Assembly (NCBI GenBank): GCA_012797095.1
Contig: JAAZPS010000055.1
Span: 1-55,816 of the forward strand
Length of the DNA: 55,816 nucleotides
Source: Bacillota bacterium
Lineage (GTDB): Bacteria; Bacillota; Dethiobacteria; DTU022
Direction of reading: 5' to 3'
Every line of letters starts with the position of its first letter. The stretch's first letter is position 1. Both the position numbers and the translations under genes were made by a program. This document shows positions 1 through 8,123 of this stretch, in pieces. Under the pieces are notes generated by a model. That model worked only from the letters and a program-made list of their open reading frames with translations, did no database searches and was not told the DNA's origin.

Positions 1-822
1 GAAGTGATCGGCAACCAGTATGCCCCCTTGACCGAAAAAGTGTTTTGCGGTTTACCACGGCTCAGATGCGCCGTCAGATACGGAGTGGGGGTGGACAACG
101 TTGATCTGGAAGCTGCAACCAGGCACGGGGTCAAGATCTGCAATGTGCCTGATTACGGGGTCCAGGAGGTTGCCGCCCATGCGGCTGCATTCATGTTGGC
201 GTTATGCCGCAAGATCATCCCGATGGACAGGGATGTAAAAAGGGGCCGCTGGAACTACAAAGCGAGCATCCCGATCAACAGATTCAATCGGATGACCATC
301 GGCATAATCGGTCTTGGAAGGATCGGGAAATGTTTTGCCCGCATTGTTCAGGGGCTTGATTGTCGAATCATCGCTTACGATCCCAGATACGGGCGCTGCA
401 GCGGTGCGGAGATCGGTGAGCATATCGCGCTGGTTCCCTTCCCCGAGCTTCTTGAAACTGCCGATATCGTCTCCATTCACACACCGCTAGAGAGCTCGCG
501 GGGTATGATCGGCGAAAAAGAGCTGCGCTTGATGAAAACAACCGCATACCTGATCAACGTATCCCGCGGAGGGATAATCGATGAGGAAGCCCTTGACAGG
601 GCTCTGGAGAACAGGTGGATTGCCGGAGCGGCCTGTGATGTTTTTGAAAAGGAACCTCCCGGCGGCACCCCCCTTCTCCGGCATGAAAATTTCATCGCCA
701 CGCCTCATATGGCCTGGTATTCGGAGCAGGCTTCAAGGGAGCTGAAAACAAAACTGGCGGAGGAGATGACCCGTGCCTGTTACGGGTTGCCCCTGAAATA
801 CCAGTTGAACCGGTCTGTCTAG
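1..822 (+). CDS. D-isomer-specific 2-hydroxyacid dehydrogenase (NAD-binding), 5' end truncated by the window edge
   Basis: Rossmann motif GLGRIGKCFA, downstream RIIAYDP, and the C-terminal catalytic region (NVSRGGIIDE...TPHMAW) are typical of the family. At about 272 aa it is short for the family, so the N-terminus probably lies off-window. Confidence 0.85.
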   Translation, partial: EVIGNQYAPLTEKVFCGLPRLRCAVRYGVGVDNVDLEAATRHGVKICNVPDYGVQEVAAHAAAFMLALCRKIIPMDRDVKRGRWNYKASIPINRFNRMTIGIIGLGRIGKCFARIVQGLDCRIIAYDPRYGRCSGAEIGEHIALVPFPELLETADIVSIHTPLESSRGMIGEKELRLMKTTAYLINVSRGGIIDEEALDRALENRWIAGAACDVFEKEPPGGTPLLRHENFIATPHMAWYSEQASRELKTKLAEEMTRACYGLPLKYQLNRSV

Positions 823-914
823 AAGCCGCCGCAGCGGCTGCGGGCTGCCGGGTCTTGCCCTGGGCTCTGCGGGGCGGCGGCAGGACGGCTGAAGAAAGGA
901 AAGGATGATCCCGG

Positions 915-1826
915 ATGGCTGGAATACTTGAAAGAATAGGTGATTCAGGGGTAATTCCCGTGGCAACAATTGATCATGCGGTGAATTCAATACCCCTGGC
1001 AGCGGCTTTGCTGAAGGGCGGCCTGCCTGTTGTGGAGGTAACTTTCCGCACCGGGGCAGCGGCAGAAGCGATCAGCGGTCTGGCGGCCAAGTTTCCGGAA
1101 ATGTTGGTCGGAGCTGGAACGGTGTTGAACGTTCCGCAGGCGGAGCAGGCGGTTGCCGCGGGCGCACAATTCATCGTCAGTGCTGGATTCAGCTCCGGAG
1201 TGGTGCAGTACTGCCTGAACAAAGGGGTCCTTGTCATCCCCGGCTGCAGCACCCCCACGGAGATCACTGCCGCTCTTGAGTTTGGCCTGAAAGTGGTCAA
1301 GTTTTTCCCGGCAGAGATTTTTGGCGGTGTCGGCGCACTCAGAGCGTTGGGCAAACCCTTTGGCCAGATCAGCTTTATCCCCACAGGCGGGATCGGGTTC
1401 CATAATTTGATCGATTACCTTGCGCTGGATAATGTGTGGGCCTGCGGCGGCAGCTGGATGATCAAACCGGATCGCCGAGCCGTCACCCGCTTGGCCAGAA
1501 CAACAATGTCTGAAGTGCTCGGCTTAAGCCTGGATCGAGAAATAGAGGGCGCTCTTCTGGATGAGATCGAGGCGATATTCAATCTTTCGATCAGGGAAAG
1601 AAGCGCCCCTGCCGGAGCGCTTGCGAGGACAAAACCTGACGCGGCAGTTGGTGCTGAAGCGTACCTGATTGTAAAAACAAGGAGCATGGCCAGGGCGAAA
1701 GCCTATTTGCAGCGCGAAGGGATCGCGTTTTTTCCTGAGACAGGGGCTACTTCGGCCCTGACCCCTGCTTCAATACGGCTCAAGAGGAAAGCAGGCGATC
1801 TTTGTATCCGCGTGGTTGAGGAATAA
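915..1826 (+). CDS. eda: 2-dehydro-3-deoxyphosphogluconate / 4-hydroxy-2-oxoglutarate aldolase with a ~95 aa C-terminal extension
   Basis: Eda-like sequence VIPV...LKGGLPVVEVTFRT...GAGTVL...GCSTPTEI...KFFPAE...IPTGGI over the first ~205 aa. It sits next to kdgK. The tail after about nt 1536 is not recognised. Confidence 0.85.
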   Translation: MAGILERIGDSGVIPVATIDHAVNSIPLAAALLKGGLPVVEVTFRTGAAAEAISGLAAKFPEMLVGAGTVLNVPQAEQAVAAGAQFIVSAGFSSGVVQYCLNKGVLVIPGCSTPTEITAALEFGLKVVKFFPAEIFGGVGALRALGKPFGQISFIPTGGIGFHNLIDYLALDNVWACGGSWMIKPDRRAVTRLARTTMSEVLGLSLDREIEGALLDEIEAIFNLSIRERSAPAGALARTKPDAAVGAEAYLIVKTRSMARAKAYLQREGIAFFPETGATSALTPASIRLKRKAGDLCIRVVEE

Positions 1827-1847
1827 GATCTGCGAGAGGAGACTGTG

Positions 1848-2879
1848 ATGATGGGTAAAATAGTGACATTCGGTGAGATCCTGCTCAGGCTGAAAGCACC
1901 CCGTTTTGAAAGGCTGCTGCAATCGCCGTCCCTGGAAGCAACATTCGGGGGAGGAGAGGCCAACGTGGCAGTATCGCTGGCCAATTACGGCAAAGAGGTC
2001 GCCTTTGTTACGGTGCTGCCGGAAAATGATCTGTCGCTCCATTGTATTGGCGAACTGAGAAGGTTTGCTGTCGATACGTCGGCGATCAGATTCGGGGCGG
2101 GACGCCTGGGGATCTATTTCCTGGAAAGCGGAGCAGCGCAAAGGCCCTCCCGGGTGATCTACGATCGGGAGCACTCGGCCATAGCGCTGGCCGAAAGCGG
2201 GGCTCTTGACTGGGAAAATATTTTCGAAGGGGCGGCATGGTTTCATCTCACCGGAATTACCCCCGCACTCAGCCCCTCGGCAGCAGCCCTTTCCCTGGAA
2301 GCGGTCAAGACGGCAAAAAAAATGGGCCTGGTGGTCTCCTGCGATCTCAATTACCGGAGCAAACTGTGGAGATACGGTAAAAGTGCGGTGGAGGTGATGA
2401 CCGGGCTGGTCCAGTACGTCGATGTGGGGATCGGCAACGAGGAGGATTGCCAGAGGTCCCTCGGTATAACTGCGGAAACAGATGTGGACAGGGGCCAGCT
2501 CGATCCGGAGCAATATCAACTGCTGACCGGAAAGGTGCTGGCAACGTTTCCCCGGATGAAGCTATTGGCCGTAACCCTGCGGGAAAGTATCAGCGCAAGC
2601 CACAATGTTTGGTCGGCCTGCATCAACGATCGGGTTGATTTCTACCACAGCCGCAAATATGATCTGACCCATATTGTCGATCGGGTTGGCGGAGGAGATT
2701 CTTTTGCCGCTGCTCTGATCTACGGGTTGACCACTTACGAAAGTAAAAAGAAGGCTCTGGATTTTGCCGCAGCTGCCAGCTGTCTGAAGCATTCGATCAG
2801 CGGCGATTTTAACCGGGTCAAGGTCAGTGAAGTGGAACGGTTGATCGGCGGGCCCGGTTCCGGCAGGGTGGAAAGATAG
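1848..2879 (+). CDS. kdgK: 2-dehydro-3-deoxygluconokinase (PfkB/ribokinase-family sugar kinase)
   Basis: N-terminus [12 protein letters not shown]...[12 protein letters not shown] and C-terminal [16 protein letters not shown] fit the PfkB signature. GAGGAG lies upstream of ATG 1848; GTG 1845 and ATG 1851 are alternative starts. Confidence 0.8.
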   Translation: MMGKIVTFGEILLRLKAPRFERLLQSPSLEATFGGGEANVAVSLANYGKEVAFVTVLPENDLSLHCIGELRRFAVDTSAIRFGAGRLGIYFLESGAAQRPSRVIYDREHSAIALAESGALDWENIFEGAAWFHLTGITPALSPSAAALSLEAVKTAKKMGLVVSCDLNYRSKLWRYGKSAVEVMTGLVQYVDVGIGNEEDCQRSLGITAETDVDRGQLDPEQYQLLTGKVLATFPRMKLLAVTLRESISASHNVWSACINDRVDFYHSRKYDLTHIVDRVGGGDSFAAALIYGLTTYESKKKALDFAAAASCLKHSISGDFNRVKVSEVERLIGGPGSGRVER

Positions 2880-2917
2880 TTTTTGGATCATCAGCATACA
2901 GCCGTTAAAGGAGAGAT

Positions 2918-3778
2918 ATGGTCATGGCCACCAAAAAAGGGATCACCGATTTTGTCAGGATGAAAGAAGAAAAGAAGCAGGTTACCTGGATAACCGCCTA
3001 TGATTATCCCGTCGCCTCCTTTGCCGAGCAGGCCGGTATCGATATGATTCTGGTAGGCGACTCCCTGGGAATGGTCGTGCTCGGTTATGACAAGACCAAC
3101 CCGGTCACGATGCGGGACTGTCTGTCCCACTGCCAGGCGGTGCGCCGCGGTGCGCCCGACACCTGGATCGTGGGCGATATGCCGTTCATGTCTTACCAGG
3201 TCTCCGATGAAAAGGCGGTTCACAATGCCGGTCGTTTGATCAAGGAGGCGGACATGGACTGCATCAAGCTGGAAGGCGGGGTCAGGGTGGCGCCGCGGAT
3301 CAGGGCGATCGTCGCTGCCGGGATCCCGGTGATCGGCCATATCGGGCTGACCCCGCAGAGCTCCGGTCAGCTGGGCGGTTTCAAGGCCCAGGGCCGCGAT
3401 GTTAAAAACGCCCGTGCTCTGATCAAGGATGCTCTGGCGGTGCAGGAAGCGGGCGCTTACTCGATCCTTGTGGAAGCGATCCCCCCCGAGCTCACGGCCT
3501 TTATCTGCGAGCTGCTGAGCATACCGGTATACAGCATCGGAGCGGGCCCGGCGGACGGCCAGCTGGTCATCTGCAGTGATATGCTCGGCCTTTTCCAGGC
3601 CTTCACCCCCAGATTTGTCAAGCAGTATGCCAATGTGGCCGAGATCGAGACCGAGGCGATCAGGACCTATGTTCGCGAGGTCAGGGCGGGGCTCTTCCCT
3701 ACGGACGCCCATGTCTACCATATCATCGAGCCGCTGGAGCAATTTGAAAAGATGTTTCAGGAATTCAGGGAATTGTAA
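2918..3778 (+). CDS. panB: 3-methyl-2-oxobutanoate hydroxymethyltransferase
   Basis: ITAYDYP...ILVGDSLGMVVLGYD.T.PVTM...VGDMPFMSYQ...KLEGG...GHIGLTPQ are hallmark PanB motifs. Confidence 0.95.
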   Translation: MVMATKKGITDFVRMKEEKKQVTWITAYDYPVASFAEQAGIDMILVGDSLGMVVLGYDKTNPVTMRDCLSHCQAVRRGAPDTWIVGDMPFMSYQVSDEKAVHNAGRLIKEADMDCIKLEGGVRVAPRIRAIVAAGIPVIGHIGLTPQSSGQLGGFKAQGRDVKNARALIKDALAVQEAGAYSILVEAIPPELTAFICELLSIPVYSIGAGPADGQLVICSDMLGLFQAFTPRFVKQYANVAEIETEAIRTYVREVRAGLFPTDAHVYHIIEPLEQFEKMFQEFREL

Positions 3779-3797
3779 AAAAAAGGGGTGGCGGGGT

Positions 3798-4259
3798 ATG
3801 GGAAAATATTTTGATGATTGGACTGTCGGTGAAAGGTTCATCACCGCAGGGAGGACTATCACCGAAACAGATGTGGTTATCTTCGCTGCGATGAGCGGCG
3901 ACTACAACGAGTTGCATACCAACAAGGCTTATATGGAAAAGGATAAGCACTTTGGTGAACGGATCGCCCACGGGCTTCTGGGATTGGCGATCTCGCACGG
4001 CCTTTTTTCAAGAACGGGATATCTGGAGCGCACGCCGATAGCGTTTCTCGGTCTGGAATCATGGCAGTTCAAGGCTCCGATATTCCTGGGCGACACAGTT
4101 CATGTCGCCATTGAGGTGCTCGAAAAGAAGGCCAGCAGCAGCAAGCCCGATCGCGGGGTGGTCAAGTTTGCGCTGCAGCTGCTCGATCAGGATGATACCG
4201 TGGTCCAGGAAGGGATCAAGGCGATCCTGTTCAAACGAAAAATCCAGCAGCAGCAGTAA
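3798..4259 (+). CDS. MaoC-like (R)-specific enoyl-CoA hydratase / hot-dog fold dehydratase
   Basis: GERFITAGRTITETDVVIFAAMSGDYNELHTN...FGERIAHGLLGLA is a MaoC dehydratase pattern. I place the start at ATG 3798 (MGKYF). The track ORF start at 3576 would overlap panB. Confidence 0.85.
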   Translation: MGKYFDDWTVGERFITAGRTITETDVVIFAAMSGDYNELHTNKAYMEKDKHFGERIAHGLLGLAISHGLFSRTGYLERTPIAFLGLESWQFKAPIFLGDTVHVAIEVLEKKASSSKPDRGVVKFALQLLDQDDTVVQEGIKAILFKRKIQQQQ

Positions 4260-4386
4260 ACAGGAGCCGGCCGTTTTGCTTGTTCCGGTCCCGCTCCACG
4301 ATGACTCCGCCCGCTCCGGAAACTGTTTTCATTCCTGCAGGTGGGCGCCTTCACCGCAGGGGCTGCGGGGATGGGGCGGGCTCTGT

Positions 4387-4415
4387 TTGACAAAGGCGGC
4401 GGTGCGTGCTAAAAT
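4387..4415 (+). promoter_or_regulatory. sigma-A type promoter for the rplU-rpmA operon
   Basis: TTGACA (4387-4392), a 17 nt spacer, then TAAAAT (4410-4415), about 95 nt upstream of rplU. Confidence 0.55.
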
Positions 4416-4508
4416 CTGCCTGGATGGTTACCGCTCGAAGAGGGCTGCAAAAGCCGGTAATGCTGGGCTGCCTGCTTCGGCGAGTCCCGATGGAAGGGGT
4501 TTGGTATC
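4416..4508 (+). promoter_or_regulatory. candidate L21 (rplU) leader RNA
   Basis: A GC-rich, self-complementary ~90 nt 5' UTR lies between the promoter and the rplU GTG. Firmicutes are known to carry an L21 leader here. Its fit to the Rfam model was not checked. Confidence 0.3.
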
Positions 4509-4820
4509 GTGTATGCAATCGTCGAGACCGGCGGCAAGCAGTACCGTGTCGAGAAAGGTCGGCCCGTTCGTGTGGAGAAACTGCCGCTGGAAAAGGGAGA
4601 AGAGATTGTTTTTGACCGTGTTTTGCTTTACAGTGACGGCTCCGGCACCATGATAGGGCAGCCCTATCTGGATAATTGTCGAGTCAAGGGTACGGTAACC
4701 GTGCAGGGGCGCGGTCCGAAGATCGTTGTTTTCAAGTATAAGCCGAAGAAAAACTACCGCCGCAAGATGGGTCACCGGCAGCCTTTTACCGAGATCATGA
4801 TCCGGGAAATTGAAATTTAA
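4509..4820 (+). CDS. rplU: 50S ribosomal protein L21
   Basis: MYAIVETGGKQYRVEKG... is the canonical L21 N-terminus. The start is GTG. Confidence 0.97.
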   Translation: MYAIVETGGKQYRVEKGRPVRVEKLPLEKGEEIVFDRVLLYSDGSGTMIGQPYLDNCRVKGTVTVQGRGPKIVVFKYKPKKNYRRKMGHRQPFTEIMIREIEI

Positions 4821-4855
4821 GCAGCGGTACCGTGCAGTCCAGGGGAGGTGTCTAG

Positions 4856-5128
4856 ATGGCGCATAAAAAAGGTGGAGGCAGTTCACGAAACGGTCGTGAC
4901 AGCAAGGCCAAAAGGTTGGGCGTCAAGCGTTACGGCGGCCAGGTGGTCAAAGCAGGCAGTATCCTTGTCCGTCAGCGGGGCAGCCGTATTCACCCCGGAG
5001 CCAATGTCGGCAAGGGCAGGGATGACACCCTTTTTGCCACCGCAGACGGCCGGGTGGTCTACGAGTACGATCACCGGGCCAAGAAACAGGTCAGTGTTTT
5101 GCCGCTGGAAGGTGAAGCGGTCAGCTAA
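4856..5128 (+). CDS. rpmA: 50S ribosomal protein L27 (no N-terminal propeptide)
   Basis: [23 protein letters not shown] is the canonical mature L27 N-terminus. Confidence 0.97.
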   Translation: MAHKKGGGSSRNGRDSKAKRLGVKRYGGQVVKAGSILVRQRGSRIHPGANVGKGRDDTLFATADGRVVYEYDHRAKKQVSVLPLEGEAVS

Positions 5129-5130
5129 TG

Positions 5131-5156
5131 CCCGGGGCGTGCCCCGGGTTTTTTTT
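5131..5156 (+). terminator. intrinsic terminator after rpmA
   Basis: A 7 bp GC stem CCCGGGG/CCCCGGG with a CGTG loop, followed by T8 (5149-5156). Confidence 0.8.
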
Positions 5157-5209
5157 AATACCGGATCGGATCCAGCGGGATCAGCAGAAGCACCGGGGGT
5201 GAGCGGAAA

Positions 5210-6490
5210 ATTTTTGTCGATGAGATCTGGCTCGAGGTTGAAGGCGGCCGGGGCGGCCCTGGGGCGGTCTCCTTCCGCCGTGAAAAATTTGTGCCCCGGG
5301 GCGGCCCTGATGGCGGCGATGGTGGCGACGGCGGGAGCGTCGTTCTCATCGCCGATCCGGCCAAACATAGTTTTCTGGACCTGCGTTACCGGCGGCACGA
5401 GCGGGCTGCACCCGGAGCGGCGGGGGGGCCCAAGAACCGGCACGGCCGGCGGGGTTCGGATCTGCTGATCCCGGTCCCTCTGGGCACTCTCGTCCGGGAT
5501 GAAGGGGGCGCTTTGCTGGCCGATCTAACTGCTGCCGGACAGAGGGCCCGGGTCGCTGCCGGCGGAAGCGGCGGCAGGGGTAACCGCCGCTTCACCAGCT
5601 CCAGGCATCAGACACCCCGGCATGCCGAGAAGGGCCTGCCCGGAGAGCAGCGCAAGATCTTTCTGGAGCTGAAGCTGCTGGCCCAGGTCGGGCTGGTCGG
5701 TTTTCCGAATGCCGGCAAATCGACGCTTCTTTCGCGAATAACCGCGGCTCGCCCCAGGGTGGCCGATTTTCCCTTTACCACATTGCAGCCGCAGCTGGGC
5801 CTCGCCGAGACGGGGGGTGGCAGCTTTGTGGTCGCCGATCTGCCCGGATTGATCGAGGGAGCCCACCGCGGAGCCGGTCTGGGCCACCGTTTTTTGAGGC
5901 ATGTCGAGCGCAATCTGCTCCTGCTGCTGGTGATCGATCTTTCTCCCGAAGCGCAGCCCGACCCGGTTGAAGCTTACCGGCAGCTGCTCGCGGAGCTCGA
6001 ACTTTACAGTAAAAAGCTGGCCGGGTTTCCCCGTGTCGTCGCCGGTAACAAGAGGGATCTTCCCGGAACCAGGGAGAATCTGGATCGGCTGCAGCGGCTT
6101 GTTGGGCAGGAAAAGGGAACCCCGGTAAAGGTTTTCGGGGTCTCCGCAGCTACCGGCGCCGGGATCGAGGAACTGCTTCAGCACCTCGCTGCGGAGGTGG
6201 TCCGGCAATCATCTCTCCCGGCAGCGGAGCCGGAGGAGAGGATCATCAAGGTTGAACCGGAGAAAGAAGAAGCGCCCTTTGCGATCGAGAAAGAGGAGGG
6301 GGCTTACCGGGTCCGCGGGCACCGGATCGAGCGGATCACCGCGCAAACTGACTTTGAAAATGACGAATCGCTGCGCCGGTTTCAACACTACTGCCGTCGC
6401 TGTGGGCTGGAAAGAGCGCTAAAAAGAATGGGCGTTAAAGAAGGAGATACGGTTTGTATCGGCGAAGAAGAATTTTATTATGGTGAATAA
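5210..6490 (+). CDS. obg: GTPase Obg/CgtA (with C-terminal OCT domain); apparent ATT initiation codon
   Basis: The frame reads (I/M)FVDEIWLEVEGGRGGPGAVSFRREKFVPRGGPDGGDGG, the conserved Obg fold N-terminus. G-domain motifs GFPNAGKST, DLPG and NKRD follow, and a TGS-like OCT tail. There is no ATG, GTG or TTG in frame between the stop at 5156-5158 and the conserved FVDE. ATT at 5210 sits about 7 nt after GGGGGTGAG. Confidence 0.85.
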   Translation: MFVDEIWLEVEGGRGGPGAVSFRREKFVPRGGPDGGDGGDGGSVVLIADPAKHSFLDLRYRRHERAAPGAAGGPKNRHGRRGSDLLIPVPLGTLVRDEGGALLADLTAAGQRARVAAGGSGGRGNRRFTSSRHQTPRHAEKGLPGEQRKIFLELKLLAQVGLVGFPNAGKSTLLSRITAARPRVADFPFTTLQPQLGLAETGGGSFVVADLPGLIEGAHRGAGLGHRFLRHVERNLLLLLVIDLSPEAQPDPVEAYRQLLAELELYSKKLAGFPRVVAGNKRDLPGTRENLDRLQRLVGQEKGTPVKVFGVSAATGAGIEELLQHLAAEVVRQSSLPAAEPEERIIKVEPEKEEAPFAIEKEEGAYRVRGHRIERITAQTDFENDESLRRFQHYCRRCGLERALKRMGVKEGDTVCIGEEEFYYGE

Positions 6491-6507
6491 ACTATTTCGA
6501 GGAGCCT

Positions 6508-7152
6508 GTGCCTTTGTCGCTACCACCCAATTGTAAACCCGATCAGTTGAATATCGGTTTGATGGGCGGCACCTTTGATCCCATTCATATCGGTCATCTG
6601 GTGACAGCCGAAGAAGCAAGGCAGCAATTCTCCCTGGATTATGTGATCTTCATCCCGGCGGGGCTACCGCCTCATAAGGAAAGTAAGCAGGTTACACCGG
6701 CCCGGCACCGCTACCTGATGACAACTCTTGCTGTGATGTCCAATCCCTCCTTCATCGTCTCCCGGGTCGAGGTGGATAAAAAAGAACCCACCTATACCAT
6801 CGATACGATCCGCTATTTTGAATCGAGGGGTGCTCCCGGAGCCAATCTTTACTTCATCACCGGGGCCGATGCGATCATGGAGATACTGACCTGGAAGGAT
6901 TATAGCGCCCTGATCGGATTGTGCACCTTTATCGCCGTTTCACGTCCCGAATATCCGCTGGATAGACTCGGTGAGATTACCGCGAACCTTTACCCGGAGC
7001 TCACCTCGAAGATACACCTGCTCGAGATACCGGCCCTGGCAATATCGTCCACCTTTATCCGCAAACGGGTCGCTTTGGGCAAAACAATCAAATATCTTAC
7101 TCCGGAACCGGTCGAACAGTATATCAAAAAACACGGCCTTTATAAAAAATAG
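6508..7152 (+). CDS. nadD: nicotinate-nucleotide adenylyltransferase
   Basis: GLMGGTFDPIHIGHL (the HxGH nucleotidyltransferase motif) plus ISSTFIR near the C-terminus. The start is GTG 6508 or TTG 6514. Confidence 0.93.
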   Translation: MPLSLPPNCKPDQLNIGLMGGTFDPIHIGHLVTAEEARQQFSLDYVIFIPAGLPPHKESKQVTPARHRYLMTTLAVMSNPSFIVSRVEVDKKEPTYTIDTIRYFESRGAPGANLYFITGADAIMEILTWKDYSALIGLCTFIAVSRPEYPLDRLGEITANLYPELTSKIHLLEIPALAISSTFIRKRVALGKTIKYLTPEPVEQYIKKHGLYKK

Positions 7153-7202
7153 TTTGTTCCCTGTGGAAATAGGTTATAATACTTTATGGAGGTGACAGCT
7201 TA

Positions 7203-7457
7203 ATGGTAAAAACATTATATGTGGGGAATATCCCCTGGAGCACCACGGAAAGCCAGTTGGAAGAATTTTTTGGGCAGTACGGCCAGGTGCTGGGCTGCCG
7301 GATAATCACGGAAAGATCAACTGGCCGTTCTAGGGGGTACGGGTTTGTTGAGGTTAACGAAGACGAGATGGAAGAGATCATGGAGAAGACCAATGGGGCC
7401 GAACTCGATGGAAGAAAGATAGTAGTCAACGAGGCAAAGCCCCGGGAACAGTTCTAG
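7203..7457 (+). CDS. small RRM-domain RNA-binding protein (84 aa)
   Basis: RNP2 LYVGNI and RNP1 RGYGFVEV are present in one RRM with no Gly-rich tail. SD GGAGGTGA precedes the ATG. Confidence 0.9.
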   Translation: MVKTLYVGNIPWSTTESQLEEFFGQYGQVLGCRIITERSTGRSRGYGFVEVNEDEMEEIMEKTNGAELDGRKIVVNEAKPREQF

Positions 7458-7523
7458 AGACGGCTGTTGTTTGCAGATCAAAAGACGCAATCTTCCGGAG
7501 ATTCCTGACGGGGATCGGCCGGG

Positions 7524-8120
7524 ATGTGGAAAAATGCCCATATGGATATAGAGAATTATCGGAAGCGATTACAGGAGCACCTTGGAGCGGAACTTTACCG
7601 GCATTCTCTGGAGGTGGCGGAGACGGCGGCCGCTCTCGCTGTTCGCTACCGGGGGGACAGGCGCCGGGCCTATCTGGCCGGGCTGCTTCACGACTTTGGA
7701 AAAGGTTACAGCCAGATCGAGCTCGGCCGGATCGCTGGTCAGATGGGGTTATGTCTCGACCGGGTTAGCCTGGAGGAGAAGGGGCTGCTGCATGCCCCGG
7801 TCGGGGCCGCCCTGCTGCAGCGCGAGCTGGGGGTAACCGATGCTGCAGTGCTCAAGGCGGTCGCTGATCATACCACCGGGCGGGCGCGGCTGCCCCTTCT
7901 GGGTAAAATACTGTACCTGGCCGATATGATCGAACCGGGACGGGATTTTGAAGGGGTGGTGCAGCTCCGGGAACTCGCCTTCACCGATCTGGATAAAGCT
8001 CTCCTGGCGGCCGTGGATCGCACCATCCAGGCAGTAATTCAAAGGGGCCGGCTGCTTCATCCCCGCTCAGTGCATTTTCGGAACAGTTTGCTCGGCAGCT
8101 CCAGAAAGAACGGAGGCTGA
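7524..8120 (+). CDS. yqeK: HD-domain phosphohydrolase YqeK (bis(5'-nucleosyl)-tetraphosphatase family)
   Basis: H..EVAETA...AGLLHDFGK and HTTG motifs are present, and the gene lies next to nadD and rsfS. ATG 7542 is an alternative start. Confidence 0.85.
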   Translation: MWKNAHMDIENYRKRLQEHLGAELYRHSLEVAETAAALAVRYRGDRRRAYLAGLLHDFGKGYSQIELGRIAGQMGLCLDRVSLEEKGLLHAPVGAALLQRELGVTDAAVLKAVADHTTGRARLPLLGKILYLADMIEPGRDFEGVVQLRELAFTDLDKALLAAVDRTIQAVIQRGRLLHPRSVHFRNSLLGSSRKNGG

Positions 8121-8123
8121 AGG

